NCBI GenBank assembly: GCA_016748015.1
Contig: JAAOMT010000517.1
Location: forward strand, 1 to 43,811
DNA from: Geosiphon pyriformis uo1
Taxonomy: Eukaryota > Fungi > Glomeromycota
Direction of reading: 5' to 3'
Length of the DNA stretch: 43,811 bases
A program made the translations under genes and the position numbers. The notes beneath the pieces were generated by a model, which searched no databases, was not told the DNA's origin, and worked only from the letters and a program-made list of their open reading frames with translations. Below, in pieces: positions 11,218 through 25,278 of the stretch; position 1 is the first letter of the stretch, and each line of letters starts with the position of its first letter.

Positions 11218-13607
11218 TAAAGATGAAAATGAAATAATCCGCTATTAGAGGACAAATATTGAGTTTCGAAGTTTCTAGAGTAATCAACATATTGCGATAC
11301 ATCAGAGAATAGTTAGAATTTTGAAAGAAACAAAATAGAAAGCCTTCTTTAATACTTTTTTCGCTAGAAAATAATTCACATCTTATTTCAAGTATCACTT
11401 AAAAAACGTTTAGGAAGTTTAAATGAAGACACCAAGGAAAACGAAAGACTTTTTGGACAAAATAGATTGGGCCTTTGACCTATCGTAAAGTCTTGAAAAT
11501 AACCAAATACCAAAACTAATTAATTAGGTCCAATATCGAGGTACATATATTCAAATAAACTCGTACGAATTTTAACAAAGATATAATTTGGGATCTTAAA
11601 GCTTTTTATTCTTATGAGAACAATTGAAAAAATAGAAATTTTAAATTTATTTCTTATTTAAAATTATACTTTCCTAAGAGTTTCAATTTTTAAAAGTTTA
11701 ATTGAGAAAGCTGCTTTGTGTGTTCAAACATGTCTTATTTGTTCTTTCAAACTCACCTAAGGTATGGTTTCAATTTCCAAAATGGCATGGGGGTTTTTAC
11801 ATGAACCTGTAAAGGATGAGAAAGCCTTTTCAAGAATATAATGTCTGGGAAAAGATTTGATGATTTTAGTGTTTGTCATGTTACCCACAATTAAATTCAA
11901 ATTCTCAAGAATTCTCAAATAACGTAATATTTACTTTTAGTATTTTCAATGTTATTGAATTATTTTTGGAAAAACTCGATCCAAATGAATTATTTGAATT
12001 ATAGAAATACGGTCCTAAATTTTTTTTAAAAATAATTATTTTAATTTAAAAAAAACTTTGATTATCTTTAAATTATATTGGTTTTTATTATTTCTATTTT
12101 TTTTTTACACTAAAACCCTTTCTATAATTGTTTCGATTTCCATTTTTTTTTTAACTTTAGAAAAAACTTTAACCTGTTTCTGCACCTGATTTTATTATAT
12201 AAATTATCGCGGCTTTTAGATTCATTATTATTGGTTCGATGTTGAACATTGGAGTACCGTGGGACAAAATAAAGGTATTTATTAGCATGGTTTTTTCGTC
12301 AAAGTTTTTGAATAAAGAGTGATTATTACTAATTGTACTTGATATTTATGATCAGATGTACCCATTTTCTTTGATGTTCGTCATCCAAATATGAGAGATT
12401 TGACTGTCTATTATTTCGTTAAAATAGTAATCTTGTAAATTCATCGCCTCCTTCAATATAAGTAATTATATTTTTTTAATCTCGATTAATCTCTGTTGAG
12501 CTAATTAATCAAAACCTTTTTTGATAAAGAATAACAAAATTTCTTTCAGTGTTCGGTTCCAATAAATACCGAATCTTACCAAATCTAGCTCATTGAACTT
12601 TATCTGATTACGCTGATAAATAGTAGCCATGCCAGAAAGAAATTCTCTCTTTACGGATTTCTATTTCTGGGGATGATGATAAACTGATCGATCTTTTACA
12701 TGTAATCTTTTTTCAAAGATTTTAAAAGAAGCACACTTTTTAATTATTAAATTAGGTACCATTTTTAGTTCCAAAAGTTATCAGCACAGCAATACCATTT
12801 ACGAACGTAAACAAACAATGTGCTTCGTTAAATCTTCCAAATTCTGCTTGTTTGTTTTTTTATATTCGATTTTTCTGAGCACTATGAGGTGCATTTATTA
12901 GGCAGGCTCCGCCTTTTCACATTTAGTAAGCAATTTTTTTTGATAAAACCATTTGTAAAACATGGTGTAAAAGATTGAAAAACACTAAAAACTGCTTAAA
13001 TATCTTAAAATTTAAAATCTTATTCAAAAATAGAAAAATATTTTAATATATAAATAAAACATCAATATATTTGTTTTCTTTTATAATTATAGCAATGTTG
13101 TTTGTTAAGCAAAATTTTTATGTGAGAAACAAGTTTTATCTGTTAAAATCTGAGACAATGCAAAAAAAGTTTAAAATTAAAAATGTAACTCAATGAAGAA
13201 TTCCATATTCAAAACCAAAAACTAGTTTGAAATAAGTACAATGTTGATCCCTAGAGTCAAGCTTTATATAAAGTTTTTTTTTAATATAGCAATTTTTAAT
13301 TTAACCAAATTGCAAGGATTTTTGCTTTACATATCAAGTTTATTTATAATTTCAATATGATGTATATTTTTTTATTATAATATAATGTATACAATAAATA
13401 AAATTTCTGGACCGCTATATAGTAAAAAAAATTGACAAATACATTATTACACACCATCTAAGATTAAATTTATGAGTAAAAAAGAAGAATTTCAAAAGCA
13501 ATTTACAAATTTTGGTAATAGCTAAATAGAGATTTTACACCTTTTATGATTTTGATTTCCTTTACTCTTATTTTTATATCGTTTCCTATTTCTACTTGAA
13601 CAGATTT

Positions 13608-14087
13608 TTAATGCCAACCAGTATATTTTATTCCGTTGTAATTTCCGTTTTTGTTGCCGTTATAAGATCCATGATTATAGTTACCGTTTAGGTTTCCGTT
13701 ATAAGATCCAAAATTATAGTTTCCGTTTAGGTTTCCGTTATTAGATCCAACATTATTATTGCCGTTGTAATTTCCGTTGTTATTACCAATATTGAAATTG
13801 CCATTATTATTGCCATTATTGCTTCCAATGTTATTATTTCCGTTGTTATTTCCATTATTGTTTCCAATGTTGAAATTACCATTGTTGTTGCCATTATTTG
13901 AACCTTGGTTACCGTTTCCGTTGTTGTTTCCATTATTGGATCCAACGTTGAAATTTCCGTTACTATTTCCATTACTGTTACCATTGTTAGGGCCGACGTT
14001 GAATTGGCCTCGCTTTTCAATTGGTTGGGCTAATACTAATACAGAGGCGACGAGGACCAAGGCAATGAAAAAGCTAATTTTCGACAT
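13608..14087 (-). CDS. Secreted Asn/Gly-rich 13-aa tandem-repeat protein B (159 aa)
   Basis: Signal peptide MSKISFFIALVLVASVLVLA-QP, then IEKR, then about 9 repeats xN(V/I/Q/F/H)GxxNGNxNGN. Paralog of 5300..5791 (shared KR-x1-3-FNVGP start). Confidence 0.9.
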   Translation of the reverse strand: MSKISFFIALVLVASVLVLAQPIEKRGQFNVGPNNGNSNGNSNGNFNVGSNNGNNNGNGNQGSNNGNNNGNFNIGNNNGNNNGNNNIGSNNGNNNGNFNIGNNNGNYNGNNNVGSNNGNLNGNYNFGSYNGNLNGNYNHGSYNGNKNGNYNGIKYTGWH

Positions 14088-14215
14088 TATTATTTGTTTT
14101 AGATTTCAAAAAGATGAGAGAGGTTATGAAATTGTGTGAAATTATTTCTCTTTGTTTTGTGATCAAGTAACTTTTTTGCTGTCAATTGGTGATGGAAAAG
14201 CTTCAGGAAGCCCTT

Positions 14216-14223
14216 CTTTTATA
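14216..14223 (-). promoter_or_regulatory. Putative TATA box of Asn-rich protein B
   Basis: TATAAAAG on the minus strand about 130 bp upstream of ATG 14087. Confidence 0.5.
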
Positions 14224-14782
14224 TTGAAATGAGAGGTCTAATATTAGTTAAAAATTAACCATTGATTAAATTCCATCATTGAGAAATACCTGAATTTTTT
14301 TTTCAAAAAGGAAAAGTTGTTCGTGATTATCAAAGAGGCTTTTTTAATGATCCACCTCAATGATCTCATTTCGATGGGAGGATTTCTGTTTTGATCAAGC
14401 ATCGGATAATCCCGTTATGCCAGATATTCAATATCTTTTAATTTTTTGGAATCAGTTTATTGTCGGTTTTGTTTAAGTTAAAAGCTGGCGCTTGAATTCC
14501 AAAAATAGATTCTTTTTTGCAAAATTAATACCTTCTATTCTTGTAAATTTCATCTTTAGATTTTACTCATTTAATACGACCATCTGGGTTATTTCCATCA
14601 CAGTTTGACAATGGGAGCCATTCAACCATTCAAACATTCATTAAGACAACCAAATTTATTTTTAAGTTATTAAAAGGATAAACTCTTTGATGAAAATGTG
14701 GTAAAGATTACATAGTTTTCGTTACTTTTCACAAATGTTTTTCCAAGTAAGTGTCCCTATCAGGATTGGCTCTAAAGATTTT

Positions 14783-14915
14783 GAGTGTTCTATATTTGTT
14801 TGAGCGTTCTATATTTGCTCGAGTGTTAGGAGTGTTCTATATTTGCTCGAGTGTTTGAATGTTCTATATTTGCTCCAGTGTTCTATATTTGCTTAAGTGT
14901 TCTACATTTGTTTGA
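14783..14915. repeat. ~19-bp minisatellite (gagtgttctatatttgctc), about 6-7 copies
   Basis: Recurring gttctatatttg core with short truncated units. Confidence 0.9.
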
Positions 14916-15127
14916 AATCACTTCGATACTTCAATCTTAATTGGGCGGCGTTTAAGCATTGATAAGTATCGGCAAAATCTTGAACCTTAATGTTACATAT
15001 ACTATACATGTAATTCTGATAATTAAAAAAAATTTATTAAAAATTTTTATTGAAACTAAAAAAAATGTTTATTCAATTTTCTGCTCTCGTTTTCATGTAA
15101 ATCTTTTTGATGCTACCGGCTACGGAC

Positions 15128-16488
15128 TTAAAATTTTCCCATCATCTGGCCAAAATATGGACCTTGACGTAGCAGCTTCTTTACAGAAGAGTTTTTCCAT
15201 TCTTGGTCATTACAATCCTAAAAATGAATAAATAAAAAAATAAAAAAAATAAGCAAATGAATAATTCTTTCCTCCCCCCCCCCCTTCCTGAAAAAACAAA
15301 CCTTAGATTCATCCATATACTCATTCGGTCCTAAACACTTGTATAATTTTGTTTGCTCCTCTTCGCAAGCGCAATCACTTATTAGAGGTATCCAGTACTC
15401 GGTATTATGATGAAAAAAACCGTACGTTCCTGAAGCATGAGGGTAATTCGAAGAGTAATCATCAAAAAGAGTAACTCGATATACTTTAAATCTTTGATTG
15501 ACATGTTGTGCAAAACTTCGATTTCCAATCCTTGGAGCACCAAATGTGAACACCTCTATATCAAAGGAATTTTGCAGTCGAGAATCAATTGCTGCCATTT
15601 CTCTCAAAGCTGTTTTAAAATCAAGAGCTGTAAAAATAGCAAGTACTAATAGAAGCATTTTAAACGTTAGTTATTATTAAAAATTATCTTGAAAATCTCA
15701 CTATAATAAACTTAACTTCAATATACCACCACCCAGAAAATGCCCAGTAAAACTTATTTTTTTAATTCCCGGAAAACGTTTCAACGTTCGATAAATATTT
15801 TTGAAATTCTTATCTTTTGACTCTAAATAATCTTTGTAGGTCATTATCTCGACCATTGCCCCATGAACCATTTTATAAGGTGTCAACCTTTTAGCAGTAC
15901 CAAACCATTTACTATTTTTATGACGAATACTGACCACGAGAGTTTTTTCAAGTTCATCGACAGTAACTAGTTGAATTATAGTATATATAAGAATATTTAT
16001 TTAAATAATTTTAATCATGCAAGATAAATCATTTGAATTAAATTTTTTTTACCAAATATGTTAGATGGCTTCTTTTTTAAAGAGGCATAATATACCTTGG
16101 CAGCATAATATGCATGTAGCTCTATCTTTTTATAAATTATATCTTCCGGTGGAACAATTATCTTTGTTTCGGTACGAGTTATTTCATTTAGTTTGTCAGT
16201 CGTTGCCATTTTCAAAGGTAAATCCTGGTATTTAGTATTGAAAGAGTTCATTGAGAATGATTCATAATTTTGCTTTGATCTTTTAGCCAGGATTTTTGTA
16301 AAATTTCTCGAATATCCGTGAACTGATTTAGAAATTAACGATACATTGAAACTTTTTTCGACTGTATAATTGCTTCTCACTGCTTCTAATGTCTCAAAAA
16401 GCATATAGAAACATATAACTAAAATTATGATTAGAAACAAAACCCAAGGAAGAATATGAAAAATCTTGGATCGACTATTCTTTTTCAT
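15128..16488 (-). CDS. Lipase_3-like pseudoenzyme L2 (Ser->Phe; catalytic His absent)
   Basis: Exons 16488-16053, 15966-15727, 15645-15302, 15217-15128. N-terminal basic tail plus TM helix; TGHFLGG; TFGAPRIGN; HHNTEYW; CAC; LRQGPYFG. Confidence 0.85.
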
Positions 16489-19239
16489 CGAATACTTTTT
16501 GATCTTGAATGGAATTAAAAAAGATGATAACGCTTTTAAGTCTTTGGTATTTTCCCAAATAATGGATTATAAAAGAGTTTTTAAATTTGAAAAAAAATTA
16601 TTTCTTCCTATCAAGATTGCAATAAATAAATGTTTGACTCTTAGAAAAGGATCTAGATTGTAGGTTATTCTATTTGTTCACAAATGCCACGTTTCATTTA
16701 TTGGGATGAATGTTAAAAGATTAGCAGAATGATGTTTCTTGGTAACAACACAGGAAAACAAAAAAGATCAAGTCAATTTAATAAAGTAAGTAATAAAATA
16801 CTTGAAACAGAAAACAGTTTCAGAACAGTTTTTTTAATCGAAAAGAAACGTAGAAAAATTTTACAGAATTGATTTTCTTGATTTATGAATCAACAAAAAA
16901 AGTCAAGCAAGAAAAAATTCTAAATTTTTAAAATCGGTTTTGGAAGGATTCAATTGTTAAAACATGCAACGTTTTTTATAACTATATTGAATTTTTAATC
17001 TTTTATAAATCTCCATTGATTTGACACTATTTTTATTAATAAATTATGCCTTTTTCTGAAAATTCACAAGAAGCAAAATATCATTATACTTTTGCTTAAA
17101 AAACAACTAAACTTATTTGATTTCTTTTATTGACTAAATATTTCGAAATTTAAAATATTGATAACCATTTAAATGATAATTAAAATATTATTAGTGCAAA
17201 TATTTATAAAATGAATTAGGTTACAAAAGTGGTGGTTAAACTAGAGTAATTTGATAATTTGTTCGTTTTAAAATAAATCAAAGAATATCACAATTAAAAC
17301 TATAATAAAATTTGAAAAAGAAATTTATACATGTAAAAATATCCCATTACTTATTTTGTTACAAAGAAAAAAAAAAGATTTAAGAAAAATTTGTCACAAT
17401 TGCTAAATTCTTCAAACACAAAAAATATTTAGTGAGATAACTCATCAATTTATAATTATTTTTTAAAGGATAACTTTCAAATCGACGAAGATATTGAAGG
17501 GTTTTAATTTAATTATTTTATCTTTCTAACCTTATTATTTAAAGGATTCATTTATTTTGTGCATTCAATAATAAATGTACAAAGTTTTTGGAATTTGTTA
17601 TACTTCAATATTTATAAATCTTCTTTGCTTGTTTTTAGGATTTGGTTGATCATCACTTATCACAAAAATAACATTGATAAGTGATGAATATCAATAGATC
17701 CAGTTTATCTTTATCCTCATTAATTATTTTAGCATGGCACTGCACACAGTTTCTCGTCCCAGAGGTTAATACACATTCCAAATAGCAAGGGGTAACATTT
17801 AGGTCTGTGGACTTTTTAGATTTTCGAAAACTATGGTATCAGAAAACTTTTATTTTTCTCCTTTTTGTTTCACACGAAAAAGGTTGACTTGCGTCGTTAA
17901 TTAAAACGTCCAAAAATCGTTTCTTTCTACAAAGCTTTTAAGTATAAATTTTCATAAAATAAATTTTTAAAAATATTTTTATAATAATGATTTATAGGAA
18001 TTGGAATAGGAATATTATATTGATTTTCCAATCAATATACAATAAATAATAAATTAATAATGTATAGCATGAAACTTATATTTTTTTCAAAAAAAAAAAC
18101 CATATCAGTTTTAAACAATTTTTTAACTTTGTGATAAAATCAGCCAAAATTTTTGTTCAGCTTACAAAATACTATGACCAATTAATTTGTGATAATACTA
18201 TATATAATACTCATTATCATCTAATCTTGGAAATTTCAGATATTTTTCAGAGGTTGCTTCATTTTCAATAAAAATTAAAGAAACATCCCAATTAGCAGAA
18301 ACCAAAAAAATATTTTGATTGTATAAACTCTTTAAATCTTGTCTATATATATTTAACAAAATTTTTGATTTCTATTTTCCTTTTTATTTTGGCATTGTTG
18401 TTTTTTCTTGGTTCTCTGATGATATTCCTAATCTTTTGCCAGAATTAATGCCATTCGTTGCATTAATATTCTTTGAAACTAACCACCTTATTTATTTGAG
18501 CTCACTCCATAAAATTACGCAAGCACACCAGATATTGCGGGAGTTTTCTTATTTGTATTCAAGAATTATCTACAAACATAAAAGTAATGCTAATCAGACA
18601 TTCAATATTATTGAGAAATATTTAGACTTAACTAATAAACTATGTTTCATTTTGGGCTGCTTATATATAAAAGAATGAAGTAAGAGAACGAAGATGAAAA
18701 AGGAGAGATCTTGAAAATTTTTAGCATTTGAAAATAATCGAGGCTAGACTATTTTGGTCGTGCTGTATCTTAAACCCGTTATCAGTTTTAGTTTTATTTG
18801 GCGTGAAGTATCTTTTTATTTTGTTTAAAAAGAATAAAACAAAAAATTTATTCAATTGAACTAGGCTACAAAGGCGGATTCAGCATATGGGTACTCAAGT
18901 ACGGTTTCCCACAAATTGGAAACAAAATTTTTTGAAAATCACATTACTTTAATAGAAATTGGGATTATAGGAGTAACTGAAAAATAAATCATTAAATATT
19001 TTAGGAATGCACTTGTTTTCCGATTAAATAAAATCTAGTGGGAATCCTCATTTTAACTATCTTTTTCAAGATACGTAAAAGTTTTTCCGACCAACTTTGA
19101 GCATCTTATAAGATTTTGTATTTGAGGAAACTTATCTCTAAAATTTACGTTTATTTCTCAACTTTCAAAAAAATGTACATGTTAAACAAGAATTTTTATG
19201 ATCTTTCTCCTGACTTACTTATTTAAAGATAATTCTAGA

Positions 19240-20583
19240 TTACATACTCAATGTATTCATTCCTTTTCTACAATTACCCATCGTTATCCCAAAGTATGGT
19301 CCTAAATGTGCCCGCTCAGCTTCCTCATTACTTACAGCAAATTGTCTTTTATTGCATTTCTAAAAAAAAAATTAATTAATTCTCAAAATTGATAAACTTT
19401 TGAAAAGTTATAAATTTGTAACAAAACTTACTGGATTTTCACCAGCATTAAATCCATCTATCGCTCCAGTACATTTATAAACTTTGAAATTTTTAGCCTC
19501 TCCAAATCCATCCACAGACATTGGGCAATCACATCCCAAATTATTAATCCAATACTCGGTTTCATGATGAATATAATGCAAATTATCCAGATATAATCGG
19601 GAAACGTAATCGCTTCCGTTCGTTACTCGAAATATTTTCAAGTTTAGTTTGTTGATTTCCTCAGCAAATATTATACCACCTATTCGTGGTTGCCCAAACG
19701 TGACCACTATAACTTCTGGAAGTTTTACACCATTTGATTCTAATGGTGAATCCAGTACAGCCATCGCTGCAATAACTGCATATGCTAAAAAATTCAACCA
19801 ATCATATTAAAATAAAAATAAATGAACTTAAAATCAAAGAGCATTTGAGAATGCATACCACCCCCTATCCCATGTCCAGTGAAATAAATTTTTGATATGA
19901 GAGGATTATTTAAAAATGATTTAATTTTAGGCAAGATTAATGGGATCATTGAAGTAACTTCATTAGCCCAAGATTTCTCTATTAGAGCGTGTTGGTATGT
20001 GTGGCTTGAGAAAGGTAATTTAAATGGGGTAACACTTAAGGTTTTTTCCCGCCAATCTTTTGATGTATAAGAAGGGCCCTTAAAGAAAATAATTAAACTT
20101 GATGTTCTCACATCCAAATAAACGCTTGCTGGATTTTTATCAAAAGATTTTTAAACTAAATTTTCAATGAAAAACCGAAAAGCTTTTTTGAATTATTGAA
20201 AATTTACCAGATCTCTGGATTTCTTTCGTTGCAACATATTTCGTTGTGCAATAAGCCAAATTGGCAAAACGTGCCATTTTTGATAACATGTTCCAAGTTT
20301 CACCATATGGTTGGATTTCTTCTATCGGTGGGTAGACACCACTTCTTCTATTTTTTTTGTCCCAAAATTTTTCTATTAGAGGGGAGGTTATTTCAAACTT
20401 GGTAGTATTTGATAATTGACTTTCAGCCACTGGGATTATTTTCTCATCTTGAAGATATTTTTTTGAAACATCGTTAAATTTGATCCGACTAGACAGTTCA
20501 ACATTTATTTTCCAGATAAAAATTACCAGAGCTGAAAAAACTAGTATAAGGAATTGTGGTGTTTTATTTTTTATGAGAAACAT
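19240..20583 (-). CDS. Lipase_3-like pseudoenzyme L3 (Ser->Gly; His retained)
   Basis: Exons 20583-20208, 20128-19859, 19784-19432, 19359-19240. TM helix; AYC; FKGP; TGHGIGG; TFGQPRIG; SDYVSRL; CDC; AHLGPYFG. Confidence 0.88.
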
Positions 20584-23177
20584 CACGAAAGTCGAAATTA
20601 ATATTTTCAAAACAAAAATGAAATTTACAATAAAAACTTTTCATTTGCCACCTGGATATAAAAGTTTCATTAATTTTGAAACGATTTACCGTGGGTTGAT
20701 CCCAATTTTTAAATTCTTTAAAGTTTTTCCCGATTACAAAGGTTCGATCCATGAATAAAAATTTATTTTTACTGAAAAAATATAAAGTCATTTCAAGATG
20801 TAGAGTGTAAGGATAGCTTTTTAATTGTTTAATTTTGAAAATGAAACTCCATTCTGTTACCTTTAACTGAAGAATCGAAGATTTTTATGTTTAAATTTTT
20901 TTGAAAATTTTAAATCAGTTTCATAATATTTCCGAGCAAAATTTAGTTAAAACTCATACCCACATTAACGGAAAATTTTATTCTTAACCTTTATATCTTT
21001 GATATATTAAATTTTTCTTTTTTAATAATAGAAAAAAAAGAACATTCCAAGATAAAGTTGATGTTAATTTGTGAAACCAACTATTTTATTTGGTGAAACC
21101 GTTTGACCGGTTTTTAGTTATTTTTATTTCAAAAACTCCGTTCCCTGTTACCAGATCCAATTTATCCCAGGAAAATTCCTAAAAATAATAATATCAATAA
21201 AGGGAATTATTCTGGCGTCTATTTATAAGAATTCTCTGTTATAAACCGCTAAAAATTTTAACAATAAAAATTAATGACAGATATTTAACTAGGTTTCTAT
21301 TTACGTTACTTTCAAATTAAATTGTAAAAGAAATTGGAAATTACCCAACTTTCTAACAAACAAATAATAGTATGTGATATTAAATCCTTTAGAAATTGAG
21401 TAATTACGATGGCGTAAGTAACTATATCCATAATAAACGTAGAGATTTTAACATTTACTACGTTTCAAAAATTGGAAAGATAAATTTCAAAAATTGGCGT
21501 TTAGGAATATTCCTGGGAGCTTCGATTAAATTCTTTCGGATCTGTATAAAGAGGAAGGTAAACAATATTTTGATACGACTGGTTTAATCAAAGTATTATC
21601 CAAACAAATTTTTATTGTAAATGAAGGACGTGACATAATTCGTGGCAGCATACAGCTAGGTTCTCTATAAAATAATTAGCATTTTAGAAGTGTGATAAAA
21701 CATGGACAAAACTGACTATTTCCATAGTGAATAAAAAACCCTTTCCAAAAATTGAGAATATGATTATGACAAGAACAATTTTTCAGCTATTTACACAATA
21801 CCCCAATTCTTAGAATGACAGAAAGGTTAGAAATAATTTTTAGAAAGATCCCATCCTTTTCCAGAATAGTATTCTCTACAATCTAAATTCTTGCTAGAAA
21901 AAATTCAAACGGTAAATTTTTTTTATTTCTTCACAAATTTTGGAGAAATTTGCCTGAATTATACTTTTTACTCTGTTCCTCGTTAGAAGTGGTTTAATTT
22001 TTTATAGCTGAATTTGATTAAAATAAACCTAATATCAATAATTTAAATCTATTATCATTGCTGATAAGATTTTCTCATAAACCAAGATCGGGGGTATTTG
22101 AATGTTTAGACCAACAGTTTTGCCAAACGGTTTCCCCGACCATTAGAAAAAGGCGATCAATCAATATTTGCATCATAAATTCAAATTATTTCCATTTGGA
22201 GTCTAGAATGATCGTAGAATTGTCTTGATTAACTAAAATTCTGTTTTTTTCTTTTTAAGAAGGTGACAAACTATGGAGTGGGAAATTCAACAAGATCCAG
22301 AGTTCAATTTTTCTTTGAAAATTTTTTATTTTTTATTTCGATTACCTAAGAATCTTTGCTAATTGATTTTAATCTTCCCTAAACAAAGCTATACATGTAT
22401 CATGTGTCTCCGAAAGATTTATGCTTTCAATTAAAAATTTCACGCTATTGCTAACGAATAGCGATTGAATTTAATTCCTAATCAAAAACATCTAAGCAAA
22501 AAAAAACTAATTTCCAAATTATTAACCAAATTAACCTCACCGCAATGAATAATTTTTTGGCTTTATTTACGTAAAAATATTGACATAAAACATACTCTTT
22601 ACCGGACTTCAGATTCTTTGGGGCTTCACAAAATATTACGATTCTTGCCTAAAAAAATCTAAAAAATATTAATATGATTAATGAATGAATTTAAAACAAG
22701 CATTAAATTGACAGGAAACTTTTGATATTAAAAAAACTTTGGTTATCGAATCAAAAATGACAAGTCAGTATATTCAATTTAAATGGAATTTTTATTATTT
22801 CAACCCTTATGACCGAAAGCAAACTCCAACATTTAAAAATTATCGGATTTATCTATATTTTATCTGATTAAAGAATCTTTTGAAAACCAAGTCTAGGAAT
22901 TTTAAGTTTTTTCATATAGATTTCTATTCCCCCATCATTTTTTCGAGCAATATAATGAATCTTCATCACTACTCCATTTCTCCCACGTTAATAATAGATT
23001 AGGGGATAAACTGATTATCAAAAAACACTAAATGTATACGATCGAAGAGATTTTCCTTTTTTATTCGGGGATGCCTTGATAAACAAAAAATAAAATTATT
23101 GAATAAACTTTTTTAATAAAGATAAAACAGAATTACCAACTTCAAATCATTGAATTTGTATCTCTTTGGTTTTAAAA

Positions 23178-24623
23178 ATGCACGTCGGTAAAAAAGAAAT
23201 TCTTCAAAGAGTTCAACGTTATTTTCATGAACATCCAGAAAAAAAAAAGTTTATTGCTCACATTTGTTTGACTAGTTTAGTTTTGCTACATGTTATTTTG
23301 CTCCTTAATTACATCGGAAATTTTAAACTATATCTTATAAAAGATTCTGAACCAAAATCCAGGACAAGATCAGACAATTTACTTGGTCCTAATATAATAT
23401 CACTCGTGACAGAAGGCTCAGATTCTTTACGAAAGAGGTCATTCAACCTTGATCATCAGAATTTTACCTTGCCAAATTCCAGAACAGAAATTGATAAAAG
23501 ATCACAAAAGATACCCGAAAAAATCTTGATACAAGAAGACAACCCGCTATGGCAATATTTAAAGGAAATGGCGCATATTGCGAACTTGGGTTATTGCTCT
23601 ATAAACAATAATGTAGGAATTCAAGTGCCAGGAATTAAATGTAAGAAATTTATAAATTTTTCGGTATGTTGTATGATTGAAAAATCACAATATAATAAAT
23701 TTACTTGGAAAATTTTTTAGCTAACGTTTATCACGATCGCTCCCAACAAAAAATTATCGCTTATTTCACTGGATTTGAACGTAAACTTGATGATTGGTAT
23801 AATAGAAGATCACTTTCTCCAAAGGTTTTTTCTTTTGGTCATATATTTGGAGCAGAACGCGAAGCTTTCGTGGACGCAACTTGGCTATCGCATGTTGATG
23901 ACATGTTTCCTAGACTCAGAACTGAAATTCCAAAGTTACTATCGGCTGACCTACAAACTGTTGTATTTACTGGGCACGGAGCGGGTGGAGGTTTGTGATC
24001 TTAACTTTTAGTTTCCATTGGACAATTAAACCTTGCATTTACTCAATAATAACTTTGAACCCCTTTTTTTCCTTTTTCCTTTTTCCTTTTTCCTTTTTCC
24101 TTTAAAGCGTATGCAATACTTGCTGCACTCGAATTCAAAGTTTATATATCTGATCCGAAAAATTCTCGAAAATTTTCTTCTCTCAATATCAAGATAGAGG
24201 TGGTTACATTTGGTCAACCGCGTGTAGGATCAGTTTCTTTTGCTCAAGCTGTAAATGATGTGGACATTGAGATCTACCGAGTTACACATAAGAATGATTA
24301 TGTTTCGAGGCTTCAATTACCCAGATCTGGTGTCATTTCTTTTAGACATCACCCTACAGAATACTGGCTCACCGATACTTCTTGTGACTGTCCTGACGAA
24401 GCGGTTTCAGCCCAATTGTATATGTGTTCTGGTCTCGAAGAGCGTCAAGTAAATATAGAAATTTTTGCTTCTTTTCAAAATTAAACTGAAAATGTTATCT
24501 TATTTTTTAATCATTTCAAAATAGGATTGTAATGCTGGACAAACCGGAGATAACGAGTCATCATTTTCTAACCATAAAGGTCTTTATTTTGATGTTGAAT
24601 TTGGCAAATGTAACAACAAATGA
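23178..24623 (+). CDS. Lipase_3-like pseudoenzyme L4 (Ser->Gly; His retained)
   Basis: Exons 23178-23640, 23721-23990, 24108-24448, 24525-24623. TM helix; GYC; TGHGAGG; TFGQPRVG; NDYVSRL; CDC; NHKGLYF. Confidence 0.88.
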
Positions 24624-25278
24624 CGATGCCTTTTCGCTCTCATCTTGCACAACCATTTTGTTGAAATATTCTTTACAAAAATGGTTTATTGAACCACGAA
24701 AAATATACATTTTAGTAGATCTTCGTTTTATATTGGAGAAATAAATAAACAAAACTTAATTTCATAAATTTCACATTTAATTTATTTCTTTTAAAAATCT
24801 AAGATAATGGTTTAATATTGATCCAAAAATAATCTTTTATGCATTGATACATCAGTTTATCTCATAATATTCTCTTCACTTTATTCATAAAATAATGAGC
24901 AATGTAATTAGTATATTTGACACATCTTTTTAAAAAAAACAGATATAAGACTTTTATAATTGGTAATTCTCCCAAAAAAAAAGCAATTTATTCATTAAAT
25001 TTTTGGTTTTCTGTTTGTTTTTTTTAAAGTAAAAGTTATCATTAAAAAAGTTATGTGCAAATATAAAAAAAATTATTTTCTAAATAATTGTTAATTAAAT
25101 GGTTAAATGTTATCATAACTTATATTTGTTTTTTCAATATCTTGGTAAATTTATACTTAAAAATTATATTGGTTATTAAACCATAAAATAATTTAATAAT
25201 AATGCTATATAACTTGTTTTTTTATTCAATATTTATATTTATTATGTATTGTTAAATTCTGGATATTTTTAAATTTTT

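Noticed and set aside
13727-14139. Leu/Pro-rich and Ile/Thr/Met-rich ORFs
   Set aside because: Antisense and alternate-frame shadows of protein B.
18319-18678. 119-aa hydrophobic ORF and similar F/I/L/K-rich ORFs
   Set aside because: Non-ATG starts, AT-driven composition and no recognisable motifs.
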